Assembly: GCA_021296315.1 (NCBI GenBank)
Contig: JAGWAO010000006.1
Span: 8,977 to 72,976, forward strand
Direction: 5' to 3'
Length of the DNA: 64,000 bases
Source: Acidimicrobiia bacterium
GTDB lineage: Bacteria > Actinomycetota > Acidimicrobiia > Acidimicrobiales > Aldehydirespiratoraceae
Below the pieces are notes generated by a model. It worked only from the letters and a program-made list of their open reading frames with translations. It ran no database searches and was not told where the DNA came from. The translations under genes were made by a program, and so were the position numbers. Positions 53,556 to 62,957 of the stretch are shown piece by piece. Position 1 is the stretch's first letter. Every line of letters starts with the position of its first letter.

Positions 53556-54542
53556 ATGGAACCGGTAGCTGTTGACGCCATGGGGGGCGATCGCGCCCCC
53601 GGTGAGATCGTGGCCGGCGCCCGCCGCGCCGCCGACGAGTTGGGAATCCCGGTGCTGCTGGTGGGGCGGCCCGACGAGATGGGCGACACGGGCGGGCTGG
53701 AGGTGATCGAGGCGTCCGAAGTGATTCCCATGGACGCCGAACCGGGATCGAGCGTGCGCGCCATGAAGGACTCGTCGCTGGTGAGGGCGGCCGAGGCAGT
53801 GCGTGATGGCCGGGCCTCGGCAATGGTCTCGGCAGGCAACACCGGCGCGGCCATGGGCTCGGCCCTGCTGCGCATGGGGCGCATTCGCGGCATCGCCCGC
53901 CCCGCCATCGCGACGCCCATCCCGACGCCCGGGGCTAGTCCCACAACCATGCTCGACTCGGGCGCCAACGCAGAGTGCCGACCGGAGTGGCTCGTGCAGT
54001 TCGCTCGCATGGGATCGGTCTACGCCCGCGACCGCTTCGGGGTCGAGCGGCCTCGGGTGGGCCTGCTGTCCATAGGCGAGGAGGCTGGCAAGGGCAACGA
54101 TTTCACCAAGGGCGTCTTCGAACTGCTCTCCGATGGCCGGTGGGCCGACGACGTCGCAGCGGAGTGGATCGGCAACGTGGAGGGTCGCGACATCATGACC
54201 CCTGCGGTCGACGTCGTCGTTACCGACGGCTTCACCGGCAACGTGACGCTCAAGGCGCTGGAAGGGGCGCTGCGGGCCCTGTTCGGCCGGCTGCTGGTGG
54301 CGATGGACACCGACGACACCTCGCGGAAGGCCGGGGAGATGCTCGCTCCGGCCCTCGACGTGATGGCACAGGAGCTTCACCCCGACGGCGTGGGGGGCGC
54401 GCTCCTGCTGGGGGTGCGGGGCGTGTGCGTGATCTCGCACGGAGCCAGCAGCGCGGCCGCCGTGATGAACGCGGTGAGGGTGGCCCGCGAGATGGTCACC
54501 GCAGGCATGGTGGACCACATCGCGGCTACTGCCCGCGGGTAG
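53556..54542 (+). CDS. plsX: phosphate acyltransferase PlsX
   Basis: MEPVAVDAMGGDRAP, VSAGNTGA, GNVTLK, and SHGASS. Confidence 0.9.
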   Translation: MEPVAVDAMGGDRAPGEIVAGARRAADELGIPVLLVGRPDEMGDTGGLEVIEASEVIPMDAEPGSSVRAMKDSSLVRAAEAVRDGRASAMVSAGNTGAAMGSALLRMGRIRGIARPAIATPIPTPGASPTTMLDSGANAECRPEWLVQFARMGSVYARDRFGVERPRVGLLSIGEEAGKGNDFTKGVFELLSDGRWADDVAAEWIGNVEGRDIMTPAVDVVVTDGFTGNVTLKALEGALRALFGRLLVAMDTDDTSRKAGEMLAPALDVMAQELHPDGVGGALLLGVRGVCVISHGASSAAAVMNAVRVAREMVTAGMVDHIAATARG

Positions 54543-54634
54543 CGTCAGAACGCGGTTGAGGGCGAGAGGTGGCCTGCGCCCTCGACGGTATGGTTGTCGG
54601 TTGCATCAACGAGATACCACGCACGGAGGAGCCG

Positions 54635-54925
54635 ATGCCGGCAGAAACCCACGTGGAGCAGGCACCCATGGGGCGTGAGGAAGTCTTGGCGCTCATTCGC
54701 GACCGTCTTGCGGACATCCTCGAGATCGATCCCTCCGACATCGCCGAGGGAGCCTCGTTTGCCGACGACCTCGATGCCGACTCGCTCGCGCTCATAGAGC
54801 TGGTGGAGGGGATCGAGGAGGAGCTGGCGGAGCGTGCGGTCGGCTTTCGCATCGAGGACGAGGATCTGGAAGACCTGCGTTCCGTCCGAGATGCCGTTGA
54901 CTACGTCGTAGCGAAGCTGGGTTGA
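54635..54925 (+). CDS. acpP: acyl carrier protein
   Basis: ATG 54635 follows GGAGGA. Phosphopantetheine attachment motif DLDADSLALIELV. Confidence 0.85.
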   Translation: MPAETHVEQAPMGREEVLALIRDRLADILEIDPSDIAEGASFADDLDADSLALIELVEGIEEELAERAVGFRIEDEDLEDLRSVRDAVDYVVAKLG

Positions 54926-55617
54926 CAGCTCAGGCCGCTTCGGCGGACACTGCGACGCTGATGGACCGGCTTGGCCACCGGTTCGATGACGCCGCGTTGC
55001 TCGAGTTGGCCTTGACCCATCGCTCCTGGAGCGCGGAGCACTCGGGATCGTCCTCCAATGAGCGGCTGGAGTTCCTCGGAGACGCTGTCCTGGGCCTTGT
55101 CGTGACCCAGAGGCTCTACTCGCGTTTCGGCGAATGGTCCGAAGGCGACCTGGCCAAGACCCGCGCCTCGCTCGTCAACTCGGCCATGCTGGCCGTGGTG
55201 GGCAGATCGATCGGCCTGGGCGACCTGCTGCGCCTGGGCCGGGGGGAGGTCGCTTCGGGAGGCCGCGAGAAGTCCTCGATCCTGGCCGACGCGATTGAGG
55301 CGGTGATCGGGGCGGTATATCTCGACGGCGGCATCGGCGCGGCCGACAATGCCGTCGGCCGACTCCTCGGCTCGCGCATCGATGCAGCTGCCCGCGCTCC
55401 CGGCCACGCCGACTTCAAGACAAGGCTCCAGGAACTGGCGGCCCGTCTAGGATTCGCCCCGCCGGTCTACGAAGTGACCACCAGCGGGCCTCCGCACGAC
55501 ACGATGTTCGAAGCCAGGGTTCATGCCGGCACCGCCAGCGGCATCGGCAGGGGAAGCAGCAAGAAGGACGCCGAACAGCACGCGGCCGAGATCGCCTACG
55601 CGACTCTCGCCCCAGAG
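54922..55617 (+). CDS. rnc: ribonuclease III (catalytic plus dsRBD region; no stop codon of its own, the ORF continues in frame to 56655)
   Basis: ALTHRSW..NERLEFLGDAVL (signature), ADAIEAVIGAVYLD, dsRBD DFKTRLQE..GSSKKDAEQHAA. Start is TTG 54922 (TTGA overlap with the acp stop) or ATG 54961. Confidence 0.85.
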
Positions 55618-55757
55618 GCCCAGCGGCCCGTGAGCGCAGCGAACAAGAGCGGGCAATCAGAGGCCCAGCGGCCCGTGAGCGCAGCGAACAAGCGCAGCGA
55701 ACAAGAGCGGGCAATCAGAGGCCCAGCGGCCCGTGAGCGCAGCAAGAAGGAGCGGGC
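55613..55757 (+). repeat. three tandem truncated units of the interspersed repeat (copy G)
   Basis: Units of 45, 58 and about 42 bp: cagaggcc|cagcggcccgtgagcgcagcgaacaagagcgggcaat. The 5' module is joined directly to the core box. Unit 2 carries an extra 13-bp gcgcagcgaacaa duplication. Confidence 0.9.
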
Positions 55758-55791
55758 ACACCGAGTCCGACCGTGTTGCGGAGGTCAAGTC

Positions 55792-56655
55792 ATGAGCACA
55801 TCGCGCTCGAACCGGGGCCTCGCCTTCGAGCTGCCGGAAGTCGAGACGATACGGCGGGACCTCGAACGCGAGATCATCGGTCGCAAGGTCAAGACCGCAG
55901 AGGCCTCGAGCATGAAATGCCTGCGCCGCTACCACACCCGCAAGGCCTTCACCTCACAGTTGGAGGGAGCCAAGATCACCGACGTGAGGCGGGTGGGCCT
56001 GTACCTGATGATCGAGCTCAGCACCGAGATGCAGCTTGTGCTGTCGCTCGGCTCGTCGGGTTCGCCCCGCCGCAACGCCAACAAGCATCCCAGGGTCGCG
56101 GGCACCGAAGTGGTGATCTCTTTCACGCAGTACGGCCAGTTGCGCTTTGTGGACCCCGAGGGCACAGGTCAGCTGTTCGTGGTGCCTTGCGACGACTTCT
56201 CCACAGCCCTGCCGGATGTGGCTGAACTCGGCCTCGATCCGGTCGCCAAGCCGATCTCCTGGACCGAGATGGGTCGGCTTCTCCTGCAGAGGGACACGAA
56301 GCTCAAGACTCTGATCACCGACGACACATTCGTGGTCGGCATCGGCGACATCTACGCGGACGAGATCCTGTTCGAGGCGGGGGTGCGCTTCGACCGGATC
56401 GCCAACACCCTGTCCACTCAGGAGATCCGCCGCCTGCACCGGGCGCTCGTCGGCACGATGCACGACGCTATGAAGTACCGGGGGACGTCGGTCCCCGCTC
56501 GCCCCTTCGTCGATCCGTTCGGCCAGCCGGGCAGCTATGCGGGCCACCTCAAGGTATGGGGTCGGCACGGAGCGCTGAGCGAGAGGTCGAGGACTCCGAT
56601 CAAGCGGACCAAGTTCCGCGGCAGCTGGACCTACTACTGCGACACGCAGGTCTGA
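55792..56655 (+). CDS. Fpg/Nei-family protein, degenerate (no N-terminal Pro, zinc finger eroded)
   Basis: GGAGG then 7 nt then ATG 55792. ELPEVETIRRDL, H2TH GIGDIYADEILFEAGV, RGTS. The C-terminus WGRHGALSERSRTPI..YYCDTQV retains 1 of the 4 zinc-finger Cys. Confidence 0.75.
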   Translation: MSTSRSNRGLAFELPEVETIRRDLEREIIGRKVKTAEASSMKCLRRYHTRKAFTSQLEGAKITDVRRVGLYLMIELSTEMQLVLSLGSSGSPRRNANKHPRVAGTEVVISFTQYGQLRFVDPEGTGQLFVVPCDDFSTALPDVAELGLDPVAKPISWTEMGRLLLQRDTKLKTLITDDTFVVGIGDIYADEILFEAGVRFDRIANTLSTQEIRRLHRALVGTMHDAMKYRGTSVPARPFVDPFGQPGSYAGHLKVWGRHGALSERSRTPIKRTKFRGSWTYYCDTQV

Positions 56656-56730
56656 GCACCGCCATTTTCTGACGTTCAGCAGGCCGGGGGATACCCGGTT
56701 CCGAGAACCGACCGAACTAGCGTCGCGCCC

Positions 56731-59700
56731 GTGTATCTGAAGACGCTGACGCTGAAGGGCTTCAAGTCCTTCGCCGAGCCGGCCTCGATCCGCTTGGAGC
56801 CGGGGGTCACAGTGGTCGTCGGCCCTAATGGAAGCGGCAAGTCGAACGTTGTGGACGCGGTGGCCTGGGTTCTGGGCGCCCAAGCGCCCAGCGCGGTGCG
56901 CTCCGCTCGGATGGACGATGTGATCTTCGCGGGCACGGCCCACAAGCCTGCACTGGGCCGGGCCGAGGTCTCGCTGACGATCGACAACTCCGACAGAATG
57001 CTGCCGATGGCGGCCAGCGAGGTGCGGATCACCCGCACCCTGTTCCGCAGCGGCGAGTCGACCTACGCGCTGAACGGCACCCCGTGCCGGCTGCTGGACA
57101 TCGTCGAGCTGCTCTCGGACACCGGCGTGGGCCGCCAGCAGCACATGATCGTGTCGCAGAGCCAGATAGACGCCGTTCTGAACGCCCGCCCCGCCGATCG
57201 CCGGGTGGTAGTGGAGGAGGCGGCCGGAATCCGCAAGTACCGCAAGAGGCGGGAGCGGGCCGAGCGCCGACTGCTCGCCAGCGACGGGGACCTGACCCGG
57301 ATGAGCGACCTCCTGAGGGAAGTGCGTCGGCGGCTGCGCCCCCTGCAGAAGCAGGCCGAGGCAGCCCGCCGGCATGCCGATCTGCTGTCCGAACTGGAGG
57401 CGCTGCGAGTGCACCTGGCCGGCCGCGAGATCGCCGGCATGCGCGAGCAACTGCGGCTCCACAAGGAGCAGGGGGAGGCTCAGGCGGTTCTGCAAGCCGA
57501 TCTTCGAGCCGAACTCGACGATCTCAACGCCAGCGTTGCCACCGACGAGCAGCGGCTGGCCCGCCACGGAATGGACGACCACTCAGAGCGCCTGGCCCGC
57601 CTCGAAGGGCTCCGGGCCAGAGCGGCCGGTCTGGCCGCCGTCGCGGTCGAGCGCCAGCGGGGCATCGAGCACCAGAGGGCCGCCCTCGCCGACCATGATC
57701 TGGCTGCGGGACTGCAAGCCGAGCTGGAGCGTTGCCGAAAGGAGCTCTCCGCGGTCGTGTTGTCGGCCGCGGCGGCCGACTCCGATCGCCGCCGTCTCGA
57801 GCATTTGCAGGAACGCTTGGAAGCCGACCGAGCCGCGTTTGGGGCCCGATGGGGCGACGTGATGGGGTTCGACGTCGGTATGGCGAGCGAGGCTGCCGAG
57901 GCCAGGGGCGAGCTGTCGGCGCTGCAGTCGACGATCGAGCTCAGCCAATCGGAGCAGCATCGCCTCGCCGAACGATTGGAGGAGTCCGAGCGTCGCCTGC
58001 AGGACTTGGCCGGGCGGGTTGACGACCACCGCGGCGAATTGGACCGGTGCGACCGGCGGATCGCGGCGCGGCGTGCGGAGCTCGCGGTGGCGGAGGCCGC
58101 TCTAGCTGATGCCTCGAGTGCGCTGGAAGGCGCGGTCGAGGCCCGTGCGGAGGCCGAGGGCGAATTGCGGCACTGGACCGCGAGGAGCGAGGCCCTCGCA
58201 ATGGCCCTCGAAGAGGCCGCCAGACCGGTGCCCGTCGATGTGCAGGCCGCGACCGATGACGTCTTGGGACTGCTGGGGGGCCTGGTGGAGGTGGATCCAG
58301 GCGTCGAAGCCGCCTTCGCGGCCGCGGCCGGCGACGCGATCAGCGCTGTCGTGGTGCGGCACGCCGCCACGGCCCGACGCGTGCTCGACAGCGTAGAGGC
58401 CAGCGATGCCGGCGCGGCGGTGATCGCCCTGGAGGGCAACGGCTCTGACGGCGCGACCGGTATGCCGGTGCACCGCCTCGGGCTGGAGCCGTTGCGGGGT
58501 CGTGTCCGCGCCGCCGATCCGGATGTGGACCGCCTCCTGGACGTGCTGCTCGCCTCCACGGCCCTCGTGGAGGGCGATTGGCGTACCGCGGCCGACACCT
58601 GGATGCGGCACGCCGGTGTTGTCGTGGTCACCCCGGCCGGCGACCGGTTGAGCAGCCGAGGTTGGCGACTCGGCGTGCACGGCGCGGCCGGGCTCCGGCC
58701 CGCGCTGGCAGAGGCCGAACAGCGGGTCGAGGCCGCGCGCAAGGCGCGTGAACGGGCCGATGCCGCCTGCGAATCAGCCCGGAGCGGACTGGACGAGAGT
58801 CGAGAAAGAGTCGACGAGTTCGGTGGTCGACTGGCCGCAATCGAAGGTTCCGCGGCGTCGGCGACCGACGCCATCAATCGCGCCGAGTCCGATCGCCGTG
58901 ACCTCGACACCGCGAGCAGCACCCTGCGCGACCACCTGACGGAGACAACCCGCCGTCTCGACGAGGCTGTCGGCAGGGCTGCACAGATCGAATCAAGGCT
59001 GCCCGAGTTGGAGCAGGCCGAGGCCAAGGCCCGACAGCGAAGCCGTGAGGCGGCTGAGGCCCGCTCATCCCTCGACCGGCGTGCATCCGAGGTGGCGTTG
59101 ATGGCCGCTGAGCAGAGCGCAACCGATGCCGGGCTGGAGCAGCGCCAGCAGATGCTGCAAGCCCGTGCTTCTGAATTGGAGGACCGGCTGGCTCGTCACC
59201 GTGCTTCGCGGGCCGCAGCCACCGATCGCATGGCCGGGCTGGAGCGCGAGGCGACCGTGCTCGACGCGCTCAGACGGGCGGTGGAGGAGCGGACGGGGAT
59301 CCTCAACGCGGGCCTAGCCGAGATCCGGGAGGTACGTCGCAGGCACTCAGAGGAGGTCCGGGCCCTGGCCGCGAGCCTCGACGACCTGCGACGCCGGCAT
59401 GCCGACGCCGAGAGTCGCTACGACACCCTGCGCCAGGCTGAGAGCCGCCGTGACATCGAGGAAGCCGAGCTGCGCACCTTGCTGCAGGGGGCGGTCGAGC
59501 GTCTGCGCGACGCCTACGGCCTGTCCCCGCAACAGGCAGCCTCCGCACCGTTGCCGGAACTGCCCGACGGACTCGGCCCCGACCAGCGGATGGATCAGCT
59601 GGCTGCCGAGTTGGAGATAATGGGTCCCGTCAATCCCCTGGCTCTGGCCGAGTACGACGAGCTCTACGAGCGTCACGAGTTGCTCAGCGGCCAGATGGAC

Positions 59701-60222
59701 GACATCCGGGCGGCCCGCAGGGACCTCAACAGGGTGATCCGGTCGATCGACGCGGAGATCAAGACGGTGTTCAGCTCGGCCTTCGTCGATGTGGCCGCCA
59801 ACTTCGAGGTGCTCTTCGAGGCGCTGTTCCCGGGTGGCGAGGGGCGCCTCAGCCTCACCGAACCCGATGACCTGCTCGATACCGGCATCGAGATCTCGGC
59901 CAAGCCGTCAGGCAAGAACGTGAAGCGGCTGTCGCTGCTCTCGGGCGGGGAGCGGACCTTGGCCGCGCTGGCCTTCCTGTTCGCGGTGTTCCGTAGCCGG
60001 CCTTCGCCCTTCTATGTGATGGACGAGGTGGAGGCCGCTCTCGACGATGTCAACCTCCATCGCTTCCTGAAGCTCATAGACGAGTTTCGCACCGATGCAC
60101 AGCTCGTGATCGTCACCCACCAGAAGCGGACCATGGAGGCTGCCGACTGCCTGCAAGGGGTCTCGATGAAGCCCGGCGGCTCTTCCATGGTCGTGTCCGA
60201 GCGCGTCTCCGACGCCGCCTGA
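56731..60222 (+). CDS. smc: chromosome segregation protein SMC
   Basis: GTG start gives (M)YLKTLTLKGFKSF..GPNGSGKSN. Long coiled coils. Signature LSGGERTLAALAFLFA and Walker B FYVMDEVEAALD. Confidence 0.93.
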   Translation: MYLKTLTLKGFKSFAEPASIRLEPGVTVVVGPNGSGKSNVVDAVAWVLGAQAPSAVRSARMDDVIFAGTAHKPALGRAEVSLTIDNSDRMLPMAASEVRITRTLFRSGESTYALNGTPCRLLDIVELLSDTGVGRQQHMIVSQSQIDAVLNARPADRRVVVEEAAGIRKYRKRRERAERRLLASDGDLTRMSDLLREVRRRLRPLQKQAEAARRHADLLSELEALRVHLAGREIAGMREQLRLHKEQGEAQAVLQADLRAELDDLNASVATDEQRLARHGMDDHSERLARLEGLRARAAGLAAVAVERQRGIEHQRAALADHDLAAGLQAELERCRKELSAVVLSAAAADSDRRRLEHLQERLEADRAAFGARWGDVMGFDVGMASEAAEARGELSALQSTIELSQSEQHRLAERLEESERRLQDLAGRVDDHRGELDRCDRRIAARRAELAVAEAALADASSALEGAVEARAEAEGELRHWTARSEALAMALEEAARPVPVDVQAATDDVLGLLGGLVEVDPGVEAAFAAAAGDAISAVVVRHAATARRVLDSVEASDAGAAVIALEGNGSDGATGMPVHRLGLEPLRGRVRAADPDVDRLLDVLLASTALVEGDWRTAADTWMRHAGVVVVTPAGDRLSSRGWRLGVHGAAGLRPALAEAEQRVEAARKARERADAACESARSGLDESRERVDEFGGRLAAIEGSAASATDAINRAESDRRDLDTASSTLRDHLTETTRRLDEAVGRAAQIESRLPELEQAEAKARQRSREAAEARSSLDRRASEVALMAAEQSATDAGLEQRQQMLQARASELEDRLARHRASRAAATDRMAGLEREATVLDALRRAVEERTGILNAGLAEIREVRRRHSEEVRALAASLDDLRRRHADAESRYDTLRQAESRRDIEEAELRTLLQGAVERLRDAYGLSPQQAASAPLPELPDGLGPDQRMDQLAAELEIMGPVNPLALAEYDELYERHELLSGQMDDIRAARRDLNRVIRSIDAEIKTVFSSAFVDVAANFEVLFEALFPGGEGRLSLTEPDDLLDTGIEISAKPSGKNVKRLSLLSGGERTLAALAFLFAVFRSRPSPFYVMDEVEAALDDVNLHRFLKLIDEFRTDAQLVIVTHQKRTMEAADCLQGVSMKPGGSSMVVSERVSDAA

Positions 60223-60322
60223 TCCGGCGACCAGTCGAGGTCCTGCTGCCAAGGCTGGTAGTCGCCCGCCACTACCGAACATGCGCGGGCAGGTGCAAAC
60301 CCGTCGCGTCGGGGCGGGTGTC

Positions 60323-60414
60323 TCCCGCTCTCGCTCGCTGCGCTCACGGGCCGCTCGGGCCACGGCCTCGCCTGGATGAACCTGATTCGCTTGCCTACCC
60401 GCTCGGCCTCTAGC
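60323..60414 (-). repeat. modular interspersed repeat, copy H
   Basis: The reverse complement reads gctagaggccgagcgggtaggcaagc...ggcgaggccgtggcccgagcggcccgtgagcgcagcgagcgagagcggga. Lies between smc and the htrA-like gene, antisense to both. Confidence 0.9.
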
Positions 60415-60450
60415 TGCTCTCTCACCTGTTCGGCCTAGCTTTAGAGTGCG

Positions 60451-61793
<1,343 letters not shown>

Positions 61794-61797
<4 letters not shown>

Positions 61798-62882
61798 CGT
61801 TGGAGATCATTGTCGGCCTTGTCGTGCTGGCGGCCGTGGTGCTGGCCGCGGCCACCGTGGTGCGCAGGCGCCGCCGTCTGCCGGCCGTTCGTGCCCTCGA
61901 AGATGCGGCGGCGGCGGGCGAGGTCGCGGATCGGGTTGTCGGCCGCCTGGCCGATAGGGCTGCCGGAAGTACAGAGCGGTCGACGGTCTCGCTGCGCGAC
62001 CGCCTGTCGAAGGCTCGCACGGCGCTGACCGGGTCGTTGGGGTCCGCCCTGGAGCGGACCTCGATCTCCATCGAAGCGTGGACCGAAGTGACCGAGGCTC
62101 TGATCAGGGCCGATGTCGGGTTGGGAGCCAGCTCCGAGATCGTCGATGCGGCGAGGTCGCGGATCGAAGCAGCCGGACATGATCCCGCCGACGCGAAGAC
62201 GGCGCTGCAGGCCGAGCTGCGCGAGCGGCTCGGAGGCTTCGACCGGTCGCTGGCTCGACGCTCCGGCGGCGAGGGCCCGTCGGTGTGGCTGTTCGTCGGG
62301 GTCAACGGCACGGGAAAGACCACCACCATCGGCAAGCTGGCCAAGCGCGAAGTCGATGTCGGCAGCCGGGTGGTGCTGGCCGCAGGTGACACGTTCCGGG
62401 CCGCGGCCTCGGACCAGCTGGCCATGTGGGCCGAGCGTTCCTCCACTCACATCGTGCGGGGCGCCGCCGGTGCCGACCCCGCGTCGGTGGTGTACGACGC
62501 GGTCGAGTCGGCTGCGGCCAGAGGGGCGGATCTGGTGTTGGCCGACACCGCGGGTCGGTTCCACACCGAGCAGAACCTCATGGCCGAGCTGCAGAAGGTG
62601 AGGCGGGTGGCGGACAGGGGATCGGGCGTTGTCACCGAAACCCTCCTGGTGCTCGATGCCACCACTGGTCAGAACGGCTTGGCTCAAGCGCGGCAGTTCA
62701 CCGAGGCCGTCGACGTCACTGGGGTGGTGCTCACCAAGCTGGACGGCTCTGCCAAGGGCGGGATCGTGGTGGCTGTGCAGGCTGAGCTCGGAGTGCCGGT
62801 GAAGCTCATCGGAGTCGGTGAGGGAATCGCCGATCTCGTGCCCTTCGACACCTCGGAGTTCGTGGAGGCCTTGTTCGCCTGA
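61794..62882 (+). CDS. ftsY: signal recognition particle-docking protein FtsY
   Basis: ATGA overlap with the protease stop. GVNGTGKTTT, DTAGR, TKLDGSAKGG. Confidence 0.92.
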
Positions 62883-62957
62883 GCCCGGCGCGCCCCCCGG
62901 CTTTGTTCGCCTGAGGCGGAGTCCATGTCGAGACCCTCCGGGTAGTGTGGCCCGGCC

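Noticed and set aside
52530-54518. 662-aa minus-strand ORF
   Set aside because: It spans the antisense of yceD, rpmF and plsX, including their intergenic regions. It cannot be reconciled with three strongly supported sense genes and has no motifs.
57480-59027. 515-aa minus-strand ORF
   Set aside because: It is antisense to the smc coiled-coil region. The sequence is S/A/R-rich low complexity that mirrors the E/A/R-rich sense strand.
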